A stretch of DNA of 63,156 bases, filler included, from Folioceros fuciformis (taxonomy: Eukaryota), in NCBI GenBank assembly GCA_049999805.1. It is 5 parts of 5 records of this genome, joined end to end, with 100 filler letters (N's around TTAATTAATTAA, not from the genome) between each part and the next. Parts side by side here need not be neighbours in the genome. Positions count along the whole stretch, not along the records: positions 25,909 to 56,512 come from JBNGIO010005734.1; positions 56,613 to 58,647 come from JBNGIO010005738.1; positions 58,748 to 61,087 come from JBNGIO010005739.1; positions 61,188 to 63,156 come from JBNGIO010005747.1; 1 more part is not named here. The stretch is one strand, 5' to 3'. Shown in pieces: positions 50,201-62,568 of this stretch; the stretch's first letter is position 1; each line of letters begins with the position of its first letter. Below the pieces are notes generated by a model. That model saw only the letters and a program-made list of their open reading frames with translations, was not told where the DNA came from and did no database searches. A program made the position numbers and the translations under genes.

Positions 50201-51279
50201 GCAATGGGCTGACAGGTCTTGTGAGCGAGCATCGGCAGATCCTGCGTTAAACTTTGTGAGACCTATCCACTCGAATTGATACAATGGGTGATGCGCAAAA
50301 CCTACTGCAGTTCACCAACAATTCCGATGAAACTCAACGGCATTGCATCTGATCCCCAGGAATCGACCACACTAAATGCTGTGCCTTAAGCAGATACCCC
50401 ACTTCCTGAACGAAGTGGCTCACTCAATTTCTAGTTGTCAGTGACTGGGGCCGAATTGCACCCAGCTGCCAAAACCACGAATTCCAAGCTCCAAGATTTT
50501 GTTCAACCTAACAGCAAGCTCGCTAAGTTGCTACAGGGAGATGAGACAAGAGCAGTCACAATACCTTGATAATTCTCCTCAGGTACTGGGGCAGGAGGGA
50601 ATTGCCCCGGTAGCCAGCGGGCCGGCCCCGCGCCACTGTGGGCAGCATCTCGGACCCCCTTGTGTCTCAATGCCTTCTGTAGCCGCTTCTGGTAGCAGCC
50701 AAGTCCAAGGTATGAACTCTTCAGCTACTGGTGACTCTCCATTGAAGCAGAGGCCGTTCGAGAAAGCAGCCACGAGACCTCATCTTCCAACACATTCTTC
50801 TGGTCCCTTCAACGTGCGGCGCCGAATCCAGCTTAAAACATCGCCGGCAACTCCAGAGGGCCGCCAGTGCTCACCATCGCAGGTGAATTTGACCGAGCGT
50901 GTAGAAGACGGTGGGACGAGCTTAATCCATTGTCACCGTGGACACAATTTGCTAATAAGAAATCGGAAATCTCAGCCTTCCTGATGACACGTCAAGAGAC
51001 GAATATTTACGCGGGTGAGGCTCGAAGACATACATATCTACCCCTCGTGGGCATTGCGGGTTTCAGTGTTCAGTTTGCATGGGTTCTCCCTCGTTTGCAT
51101 GAGGTGTTTAAACCCGGACACCTTGTCCTACAGTATGCATGGTCGACAACGCTCAGACATGGCCAGCAACACATTTGCACGCCTACTACTATGCACATCC
51201 AGACGTCAGCAACAGAGTGTGTGCTGAAGGAATGGCAGAGATGGAGTTTTGGGTCTTGTTGCTATCTATACTATACACG

Positions 51280-54200
51280 TTAGTCACTTAAGCTGCAAAG
51301 CATTGCCACTCCACGCTTGATCCAGTGACTTGGTGGATGTTTGGAGGGCATCCTCACGTACATCAGAAAGTTTGTGGAGTGGCCGGTTGTGGCGAGAACT
51401 CCTCTTCTTTCTGCTGTTCTGTACACTGGGCAGTTGTAGCAGTCCGCCAGGTTCAGCTCCGTGATAAGAACGGGCTTGAGCCACATCATGGGAGCTGGAA
51501 CATAGAGCACCTTCGGCTTGGACTCGCACAGGCATTTGTTTACAGGATCCCATGCACAACCTTCCAGAAAGAGACCTCTGATGTAAACACCTGTTTCGGG
51601 TGGTTCTTTGGGCTCGGCATCCAGCATGTAGAAGTTGAACGCGAGGGTATCAATAGCCAGCCGCTTCCTGCACGAAAAACAACAATTCATTACAGTTTCC
51701 ATCTCGAGAAGGAGCTTCGTTGTAGCGTACAAGTGTTTCAATGTGGAGAACGGATACCTCCGTGCATAATTTTGAAGCGCTGCAGTCATGAAGGATTGCG
51801 CAAAGAAGAACCCACTGACCCAGTGCACTGCAGGCACTCCTTTTTCAAACCATGTCTGTAACATCTTCAAGCGGTCCATAAGGTCTTTCATGTATGAGGC
51901 AAGTGGCTTCAAGGATGGATACGACACTTTCGACCACATTGCTGGCACCTGATAATGACAGAGACAAACGCTACACCACATCACGGCTGTTTGAACATTG
52001 GCATGGTCAAAGGTAGTATTTGACCAATCACAAGTTGATCCAAATGGTCATGCCAGAAAGAGAGCCCTACACGAGAATCCTCCTGAAGACTTACCTGATT
52101 GACAGCAATGCTCCTGTACGCCGTCTCCAGGTCAGCAGACATCACAACGACACCGGCTATTGCCTTCTCCATGCTGGCACAAGATGACCGTATCCTGCAA
52201 AAAAAATTGGTAAGGAAACCGTTTGAGCTTTGGAACGTTCAAATTCGGCTGGATAGGGGGTATTACACGACAACAAGTGGGGAAAGTGTGAGCCATTCGA
52301 GTGCTTGCCTTTCAAGGAGCCTGTTGAAGCGAGTCATCTCCTGACTAAGCACCGTATTCATACTTTCCTCATACATCACAGGATACTTCAGCTCAGATGC
52401 TTCAATATCAAAGTTTGCCGGCAGAGTGGCAAGTATCTCCTTAACAACACTCGCCACCCCTGCATCTGTACTACTTGATGCCCCACCTCCGCCACCAACC
52501 ATGTCTGCTGAACTCAATAGCATGGAGTTCAACATCAGATTTGTGCCATTCATGTTTTTCGTGATGTCTGCATTGGAGTGCAAGCCAAAAGCTTCTGGTG
52601 CTGGAATCACAGGATAATCATCGATGATCTTGTTCCAGAGCTCCAGATTTCCCACTGGAGGAGTAGTATAGATTCCAGATTCGGAAAGCTGGTATCCATC
52701 TTGTATCATGTCCAAGTTGTAAACTGATCTTAACATGGTATTGAGAAGAAGTCTATCTTTATCGTCTGACAGCGAAAATATCCAATGTTGTAGTATTGGA
52801 CAGCGAAAAGCAAATGCAACAATAGAACATGCCACAGAGTAATTACCAGTAACACGACCTCCGTAATTGCACTCTCCAGTCACGTAATTCAAAGCTTCGA
52901 GAGGAAGAATCTCACCAGCCTCATTGACTAACATATGTAGTTGCCGGACGCTGCACAGAATTGCAAAGCAATGGAGGAAGGGTGAGATTACAGATGCCAT
53001 CACTATTAAAGGAGTGACATCTAAGTTTACACAGCTGCACGATGTGTCAACATCAGAAATGCCTTACCTTATTCTCAGGTCCCCGTCATCAAATCCATAC
53101 GGTATGTTCCAACCCAGAGGGCCGAAAGTTCGCCTCTCTTGTATGACAGCATGGAAGAAACAGAGACCAAATAAAAGACTCTTGAAAACTTTTGGTTTAC
53201 TGCAGCTTTCAAAGAACTCCTCATTAGAGATGGGGTCAAGCGTAAAGGATCGCCTCATGTTAGCTCGAATACCCTTGGGTGGCTCAAATGTCATCTTCAG
53301 ACCATTCTGGAACGAAGACCCCCCGAAGCCCAAAGTAAAGCACAGTGCATTAGGAAGGCAGTTGCTGCTTGAAATGAACATGACCGTCAATTGTTGCAAA
53401 AGGAACCTGCAAGATAGTGATGGGAAATTGTGGGCTAGGATATGAGGTCAGCCACAGTCGGAAATCCTGATGTGTATTATCATTCGTAATACCCTCACAA
53501 ATCCTATCCAATGTTGGCATCCATGAAGGAGCAAGGTGACAATTTTGAAGGAGAACCCATGAACCTGTTTTTCGTTTAACGCCAGATGAGTGATAAATAA
53601 CTGAAACAAAAGTCTTATGTATGCAATCACAATGCCAAGTGATCTTCGCACGGATAGAGGCATGATAAATGTCCATACCTGCCACTTGGCCGTCATTGAT
53701 CATAGTGCTTGCCTTTGGACCTTGCCCTTGTCCTAGCGATATTACAGCAATCTTTTCAGACATCTCCTTGTCGGCTGCATATTACATACAGATGGTCAGT
53801 ACCCCGGCTATAAAGGGTTTCAAGAGCCAGCGATGTCATTACACAAAAAATGGCAGAGAACCAAAACAATGTACCTGCAAATTTCAGAAGAGATGCTGTA
53901 GGATCACTTCCAGGTGTCAGGACAAATATAAGAGGCATGGCTGCACTCGAATCCTTGTAAGTCAAGTCCAGGTTGAACACAGGAGGCTGGACAAACTCTG
54001 AACCCAGCTTCTCAACGACAAAATCCTGCATGGAGGGAATGACTTTATCTGGCCTTGTACACCGCATAAGCATTAATCTTTGAAAAGGATTCAGCTTCAA
54101 GTCACCAGGCACTGTCTCCTTGTGGGGTTCTAGAGAGTCAAAAATAACTTTCCACTCTCGCAGATGCGAGGTCATATGAGGAATCAGCGTGGCAAACACT

Positions 54201-56512
54201 GGCATTTTACCCAGGCGATTCAGCTCTGCCCAAGCTTTTTCAGATATCCATTCTGGAGCCGGATTTGGAAGAGCAGATGCTCCTACCCCCCCTGTCAAAA
54301 AGAACATCCACTCCGGCACGGATATCTCCCCCCTCATCTGGAGGAGGCGAACCGCCAGAAGACATGATAACAGAAGCTTGTCTTTCTCAAAGAGAGAGCG
54401 ACAAACATTATTGTACAACGCAAGCAGAAAATGGTCTTGAATGATGGTCAGGCGTAGAGCCAGGTCCGTTGACTTTTTACTTGTGGTTATCGATATGACA
54501 AAAAGGCCCACAAACCACGGTAAACTGTACTGATACATTGGGTCGATATTGGCCAGGTCGGTGATGCAAAAGAACAAGACAGAAGCGTATTCTCCACATG
54601 TGGCATATCCTTTGCGAGCTTCATCAATTTTCTTCTCTGTGACCTCTGCAAGTCCCTGTCAAGTAAAGCACATACACCAATTTTCATCCAAAGGCTCGAA
54701 ACTCGAGCTCCAAGACTGATGAGTACCCTTGATACTTGTTATCACATGAGCATCTTACTTGTTTCACAGTGATATCGTTTCCAACCACTTTGGATTCTGA
54801 TATGATCTTGATTGCGGTCTCATCCTCAAGGATATTGCCCTCACTGCTGGAAAGAACTTCCAAAATCTGATCTTCTAATTCCTTCAACCTTCGCTTGTTC
54901 TCAGCACTCTGAAGAGCAGCAAGTGGCTCAGGGTCTGGGAACGGTCTTCAATGTTCAATCAGAATGCTACACATCACAATTCAACTGTTCCCATCAAGAA
55001 TTTCCATTGCTCACCTGGACCACGAGCTCACTCTTTTGCGTCTCCAAGTCCGGCCTTTCACGGGCGACAACCACGCCAAGTAGCTGGTCCGACAAACCCT
55101 CCTTTGTGATCATAAAATTGAGGAGAGTGACCTTAACAGCAATTTCTGGAAGATAGTGTGGGTTCCGAAGCTTTGTGGTTATATAAAAGCGAAAATCGTT
55201 GTTGTATTCTATGACTGCATCTCCAAGTTTAATACACATCACTCCCCCAGTCTTGAAGATCTGATAAGACAGGGCAGAGATGAGAACCTTGATCCGTGCA
55301 TTTACTTTGTTCGGCAGACACCAACTTTCCTGTCAACCACTCTCGAGGCATACCTGCTTCAGTAGGAGTGGCTCCAAAGCCGGATCAATTTCCTCCCCAA
55401 TGTTCTCGAGGAGCACTGGTAATCCAAATTGTATTGCATTCTCTAGAACACGACCATACTCAGTTCCAAGTTTAATGATCTGAAGATTCCGCTCCCGCTC
55501 CATATTCCGGATCCATTTGTTTGCTTGACCCTACTCAAGTTCAACCAGAGCCTCAATAAAAGCCAGTAAGTGATCCAACCAAGTAGTTTCAAGCAAAGTC
55601 TAATTTAACCTGTGGGTCTATCATAAGAGGCCACCTTCGCGCATTGGCTACAACAATACCGTTGTCTATAGACACAGCATCGTTAGGAAGCCCAGCAATC
55701 ATCCACTCACGGATGTGAACTGGGTTTCCCAGAATGCTTTTCAATGAGAAGTGAGAAGAGCGCGGAATTTTTTCCTCGCTGCACAGCTTCACCCAACCCT
55801 CAATAATCTCCTGGCGGTAGCTGCATCAAGAAAAGCTTCATATTTCAAAACCGGAAGGAAGATATGACTATATACTGGAGAGCTTTTGAAGCCAGCTTAT
55901 TTTACTTATCCGGCAGGTTTGATTCAGCTTGTCTTACCCGGCAGTAAAAGCACCAAGATAAGCTATTACCCCAGCTGCAATAAGGGCATCCCCTGTAAGA
56001 TCACCATATTTGCCCTCCAATTCCTTCGCTGTATTTATCCAACGGACGCGCTCCCCTCCAAGACCTCCAATAAGCTGTTCTGCTCTTTCAAGCTTCACTG
56101 TGCACATTTTGACTTCATGCTGCCAACAAATAGAGGATCAGTAGGGCAGGTAGGTCAGTTTCCAACACCAAGGCAATGGTGAAGAACATCGATTCCAACA
56201 AATCCTGATGCAGAAGAGCAGACAATTGAGAGAGCAATTATCATTGCAAGCAAGCGGAGTCTTGGGACATAAAATGTACCTGAAGATTCTCCTTTTTCGC
56301 CATGTTGACATCTAGGTTTGCCTCCAATTCGCCAAGCTTGTCCAGAAGAGCTTTCAATTCTTTTTGCTTTGATCGTAATCCAACCATAACAGCTTCATAC
56401 TTCTCCTCTGCGGCCTTCAACTTCTGTTTCTTGGGCGACACAACTTTAGCAACTACATCATACTTGTCCATAGCCAATATCCACTGGCAAAGTCCCTCAG
56501 CCGCCACAGACG
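51280..56512 (-). CDS. Axonemal inner-arm dynein heavy chain (DNAH3/7/12-like), 3' part only: end of stalk, AAA5, AAA6, C-terminal domain; many introns
   Basis: [113 protein letters not shown]; coding sequence runs into the gap at 56512. Confidence 0.95.
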
Positions 56513-56612
56513 NNNNNNNNNNNNNNNNNNNNNNNNNNNNNNNNNNNNNNNNNNNNTTAATTAATTAANNNNNNNNNNNNNNNNNNNNNNNNNNNNNNNN
56601 NNNNNNNNNNNN

Positions 56613-58647
56613 CTGCTTTGGCTGGAGACCCAGGGGCAACAATCTCCTTAAAAACAACACTCCGGGCTAAGACTGGGGCGTAGGTGAGGGGGTCTATCAA
56701 TTTGTATGCTTTGGCCTCTTCGCTATAGCCTATAAAAAGCAAGGCTTTGGACCTGTCATCAAGTTTCTGACGTTTGGCTTGTGGGATGTAGGCGTAAGCG
56801 GGAGACCCAAAAACTCTGAGGTGCATGATACTAGGTTTGCGACCCCAAAACAACTCAAAAGGAGTCTTGCCTTGTAAAGAAGTTGTGATCAGCCGATTAA
56901 GGATATAAGTCGAAGTGACCACTGCCTCAGCCCAATACTCAGCAGGTAAATTAGACCAACTCAACATACTTCTTGTCATCCCCATAAGTGTCTGATTTTT
57001 ACGCTCCGCCACGCCGTTCTGCTGTGGTGTGTAAGGTACAGTGAGTTGGCGTATGATACCGCGTTCCTGAAGATATTGGTCAAAGAGACTGTTGCAAAAT
57101 TCTGTTCCATTGTCTGAACGGATACACTTGAGAAAATTTCTAGACTGCCTCTGTGCCATGGGTAACCACTCCTGAAAACAGCCAAAAGTATCACTTTTCT
57201 TGGCCATTGGGTAGGTCCAGGTGTAACGACTATAGTCGTCAGTGATGGTCAGATAATATGAAGAACCACCTATGGACTTAGTCTGCAGCTTTCCAGAGAT
57301 ATCAGTATGAACCAGATCCAGGACTGCAGAGGTGCGAAAACCAGAGTGTGGAAAAGGCTTCTCCCTTTGATTGGCGAGAAGGCAAGCTTCGCATACAGGT
57401 AACTCCTTAAAACAGGATGGCAATGGTTCTTCATAACAGCTTTCAGTTGACATTTTAATTAACATATTTTTGTTGACATGTCTGAGTCTGGCATGCCACA
57501 ATCTGGCTTGTTCTGATGCAGGCAAATAGGCTGGTGTGGTTGCAGTAGCCACAGGGCTGGTGGTAGGAACCTCACATAGAACGTCCAGTCGATAAAGCTC
57601 TGAGTCCAGGACTCCGCGGCCAATACATTGTGCAGTAGAAGCACATCTGAATATCTCACAAGTGTTGCCAAAGAATCGAAGTTCAAGATTGAAATGCATG
57701 GCGAGAAGTCTCACAGAAAGTAAATTCTTTGCCATTCCAGGTACGTACAGAATTCCTGGAACATTCAGGACTGAATTATCAGACATTACAAAACGGCATG
57801 TACCGTAGCCGTTGATGGGTAGGCTGGTTGACTTCTGTTCGTCCCCAAGTAGTACACACTGTGTCGAATGTGAAATGTCCTTGTACCTGGTGAATAAGCT
57901 TTTGTCTTTGCAGATGTGTGCAGTCGCGCCAGAGTCCAAAAACCAGCTGCCAGGATCACTTGAGGAAGAGGAAAGGCAGATGGTGTAAATCTTGACCACA
58001 GCTTTACCTCCTTCAGGCGAAGATCTTTCCTTGGCAACAGAATTAACTTCTGGCTTGGGACGACGAGGCTCGCCAGCCTTCTTACGGCGGCAATCTCTCT
58101 CCCAATGTCCCGGTGTATTGCACCAATTGCAGCTACCAGGCTTCTTAGTATTTGAGGAAGATCCAGCAGCGGAGGTTTGGCTGATGTGTCGACCTCTACC
58201 GCCTCTGCCTCTCCCCCTCCCAAAACCTCCACGCTGGGTGGAGGTGAAGAGGACCCTGTCTGTCCGTATCTTGCTAGAACCACCTTGAGTATTTCGAAGG
58301 CGGCTCTGTTCCTCCTGAAAAAGGGCTGCAATAACTTGCTCCAATGTGATGCCTGCCGGTTGGCCCGCTGTGACGTTCTGACCAGCAACAGCTAAAGGCC
58401 CATTCTGAAGTGAAACGAATGTTTGGTATGATGCAGGCAAAGTGAGAAGAAATTGCGCGACGGCGTCCTCCTCTGACATGGTTGAGTTCAACTGAGCAAG
58501 GCAGGAGCGAAGGTAACGAAATCTACTTGTGTGGGCAGCCACACTGTCACCCTCCCGCATCTTCAAAGTATAAAACTCATGCATTGCTGCAGATTTTGAG
58601 AGCACTGTTTTAACAGCGTATGTACCAATAAGCTGATCCCATATGTC
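56613..58647 (-). mobile_element. Ty1/Copia element C, internal gag-PR-IN fragment, open across the whole contig
   Basis: CNWCNTPGHWERDC, WFLDSGATAH, LWHARLRH, IRSDNGTEF, QNGVAERKN; gaps on both sides. Confidence 0.93.
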
Positions 58648-58753
58648 NNNNNNNNNNNNNNNNNNNNNNNNNNNNNNNNNNNNNNNNNNNNTTAATTAAT
58701 TAANNNNNNNNNNNNNNNNNNNNNNNNNNNNNNNNNNNNNNNNNNNNGAACCC

Positions 58754-58778
58754 GCGCAGCGGAAGCGTGGTGAGCCCA
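58754..58778 (+). other. 25-nt internal fragment of initiator tRNA-Met (D-arm to anticodon loop); a candidate internal or extended PBS on the minus strand
   Basis: GCGCAGCGGAAGCGTGGTGAGCCCA versus plant tRNA-iMet GCGCAGCGGAAGCGTGGTGGGCCCA as recalled (24/25); no acceptor stem or T arm in the flanks. Confidence 0.75.
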
Positions 58779-59840
58779 AACATGATGCTCCGCAAGCAGG
58801 AATGCTCTTAGGCTGCAGAATTATAAGGATGGAGAAGGAACTGGCCACGGCGACAGCATCGCGGCAGTGATCGAAGTGATCATTCCATACAGCGGCAGGA
58901 ACATGTGGCTAGCACAATTGATCGTGGTTGCGTGTACTTCGCTCCCTGCCAGCCGTAGGCACAAACACGCATGTTGCTCCTGGATGGTTGCGGAGCAAGA
59001 TCCAGCCGCGGCAGCATTGAATAGAACAGGAACAAACCGTGGATGCAGCAGCCGGGGCAGGTGCAGGCCACGGTGGGTACGATCTCAGGCCGAATCTATC
59101 TGGTAGAGATGTGATCTTACCCTACTGCCCTACAGAGGCGCTAGAGGAAGAGCAATCTGTGGCATGATCTGGCCCTGCAACGGCAAAGCAAAGCAAAGGA
59201 ATCAGACCCTGCAGCCGCGGTGGCAACAATCTCGATCACCTGCGGCATGGCGTGAAGGCAGAATCCGGCTGTGTGGCAACAAGTGCAGGACGCGGCGGTA
59301 TCGATTTGAGGCAGGAGCAAAGCATGGTGGCAACAATCTGTGAAAGAATCACCCTGTGCCCGCTGCAGCAACCCTGAGGCCAGCAACCTCCAAGGTGCAA
59401 CCTGAGGCTGCTGCAGCGCAGCACTGTAGCCTGGATGTGTGAGGCGGCGGCATCTTGTGCTAAAGCATGCTGCGGCGACCCTCCTCTCGCAGCCGCACAC
59501 ATTCTCCTGCACAAACCTCATCTGAAAAAAAAAAAAAAAAAGGGGGAAAGGGAAACGAATCTGAAACACGTAGCAGAGAACCAGGCATTGAGTGGCAGAT
59601 CAAGGCCAGCCCTGGGCCATCTAATGCAACTTGTGGCCATGTTTGATGCCTCCGAAGAGGTCACCTTCTGCTGAGAGGCCACAAGGCAGAAGCAGAGGGC
59701 CACGTTTGGATACCCCAATTGTGAGAGCCCGTTCCGAATCACCACCTTCAAAGTCCACGATCTCAAGGCATTGGCTCCAAGGGTCGTTGCCTACCTGGTT
59801 GACTCAATCACCAGCATATCAGCGCATCAAAGGAGCTACT

Positions 59841-61087
59841 ATGGCGAGTGTGACACGCCTTGATTTCAAGGACAAGGATCGATTTTCAGGGGCAAATTAT
59901 GATGTCTGGGCTTGTAGGGTCAAGACCTTGCTACAAGTCGAGGAATTGTGGGACATCGTGGATGGCACAACTCCGAAGCCAGGTGCCAATGCACCGCAGG
60001 CCGATGTTGCAGCATGGATTAAGAAAGATCTTAGAGCCAGGGCCATATTGGAGGCTACCATCGATAGTTCGATGATCTACCACATTGATGATGCATCTGA
60101 ATCTTACACGGCATGGACAGCTTTGTCACAAATGTTTGCGACTACAAATCAATCCTCCCTGGTACATGCCACCAGATCCTTTTGGAATTGCAAGATGAAA
60201 GACACGGACAGCGTTGAGGAGCACGTGATGCGATTTCGCCATCTTAGACAGAAGCTGGCATCCGCAGGCACGACAGTCACGGAGTTGCAGGCTTCGGTGG
60301 CTTTGCTCATGTCATTGCTAGACAAATACCAGGTATTTGTCAGCACACAAAACAGCAGCTTGAGGACTGCTACTGCTGCTACTATGTCTCTATCCAACAC
60401 AATTGGTGCTTTGCTTGAGGGGGAAGCGACCATGCACTCCAACCGTGGAGGCCAAGGTTCGCATAGCCAGGTCCTTTATGCTGGCCGAGGAGGAAGAGGG
60501 GGTCGTGGTGGCCGCTTTCCCACACGACCACCATCGCAGGGCAGAGGCAAAACACATGACGGTCGACCTCCACCAAACCCCAACCATAGGAAACTCACCT
60601 GCAATTGGTGCCGTCTTGTAGGCCACATAGAGGCCGACTGCAGAAAGAAAAAAGCCGGGGAGCCGAGGAGAGCATTGGAGGCTCATGTAGCTACCCGGGC
60701 CAAAACGACAAATCCAAACACCATCCTTACTGTGTTCCTCGCACACACCAAGGCTGATCAAGATCATTGGTTTGTCGACTCAGGTGCCTCCGTGCACATA
60801 TGCTACATGCGAGAAGGCTTCATCAACTATACCACCTATGCACCTGGACAGCTTGTCCTACTTGGAGATGGGAGTGGACTTGCAGTTGCTGGCTGCGGCA
60901 CAATGCAAATTCAGCTGCAAGATGGATCCACCCGCCTGCTTCCCCAAGTGCTACACGTTCCATAGATGTGTAAAAATCTACTATCAGTTCGGCATCTTTG
61001 CAGGGACTGGATGGTCAATATTTCTTTCAGCGGAAAACACTGTGAGCTGCGAGAGACGCCGACAGACCACATCCTGGCCCTCGGTAC
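59841..61087 (+). mobile_element. Ty1/Copia element D, gag-protease fragment; probable leader from about 58790
   Basis: DKDRFSGANYDVWACRVK, CNWCRLVGHIEADC, WFVDSGASVH, LHVP*MCKNLLSV (stop at 60963); ends at a gap. Confidence 0.9.
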
Positions 61088-61187
61088 NNNNNNNNNNNNN
61101 NNNNNNNNNNNNNNNNNNNNNNNNNNNNNNNTTAATTAATTAANNNNNNNNNNNNNNNNNNNNNNNNNNNNNNNNNNNNNNNNNNNN

Positions 61188-61460
61188 CAATGGAGCACCC
61201 TAGCAACTGCATGGTGGAGTTGAAGAGGTGCCCTAATCAATGTGTGAGGCATGAGGGGTCGTAGCATATCAACTAAGACCACAAAGTTAGGATATGACAT
61301 TGTATAAGCAAATCGCCATTGAGCATCCTGCATCTTAACTCCATTACTATGCCATGCTCACATGTGAATATCTCTCCATAACTTGCCGAGGAAGCTTCCA
61401 TTATTCTCTCTTCCGCTTCTTGGATGATCCAAGTCTTCCAAAACTCCACTCATGGCAAAT
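61188..61460 (-). mobile_element. PIF/Harbinger-like transposase N-terminal remnant
   Basis: DAQWRFAYTMSYPNFVVLVDMLRP...RAPLQLHHAVARVLH resembles the W..F.MS...F..L...L.P....VA..L signature; cut by a gap. Confidence 0.55.
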
Positions 61461-62568
61461 GAGAAAACTACAATGAAAATAGAAGTTGACGACAAGTCGT
61501 TATCAAATACAAGAGGTGTCTGATGATCTGAAGCCCGTAACAACATACTTAGAAAAGTATATAATAATCAATCCATTAATATATAAAAATATATAAAAAC
61601 TCTAAAAATCCTATCACAATAGCATAGGATAGAGACAAATCACAAAGAGCGCAAAGACACAAGAGAGACACATCACACCAACAAAAAGTGAGTGCTTGGG
61701 CACAGGAAAGGGAACTATATAATTTATAAATTAATAATTAATTTATTAATGAAGATTACCAACTTTGGACCCCGCCCGTTTCATGTGCCAACCCGGCCCG
61801 TCCTACCCGCTGACACTGAACTGCGGCCACAGTTTCCTTCTTAGCGCCGTTCGCGTCGAACGGCGCCGTGATCCACAGTTTTCGGCAGTTTTCCTAACTC
61901 GGGAAGCTCCAAAACGAACTGCAGAGGCTCGCCCTCGGTGTCGTTTGCATTGTGAAAGGCCCTGGAGATAGTACTCCGTCAAAATAACAGCATGGTATAC
62001 AATGCTGGCAGGCTTTAGGATAACACCTACAGTTGTTGGCCTTTATGATAACACCTACAACAACTGTAAAGAGGTCTCTAGTCTTGAAAGAATATTGCTT
62101 CCGTGGTCTTGCACTCCTGCAATTAAGCTTTTCTTTATCGTCTGCACCATCCCCGCAATCCCCCCATGTGTGAAGAAGGTTTCTAAATCCGATCCACCGG
62201 GTGTATGATCCCCAGGAGGCCCGCGGTATTCAGAGTCCACTCCCACCGCACGTGGCGCCGGCAGGGCATATGACTAATGTCACACGTAAACACGGAAATG
62301 GGGCACAACTTGTGAACGCCTGCATATGATGGCGCTGGTCGGGGTGGGGTGTGGGGGTGCTTCTACTTTGGTCACTTCCTTTGTCTTTTGTCCTCACAGC
62401 CTCAGCGTCAGCCTCGCCACGGAGGCACCACGGAGTGAAGTTCATTACACTNNNNNNNNNNNNNNNNNNNNNNNNNNNNNNNNNNNNNNNNNNNNNNNNN
62501 NNNNNNNNNNNNNNNNNNNNNNNNNNNNNNNNNNNNNNNNNNNNNNNNNNNGGCCGAATTCGGAGGAT

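Noticed and set aside
58748..58830. Complete tRNA-Met gene
   Set aside because: Only the D-arm to anticodon portion matches; no T arm or acceptor stem follows
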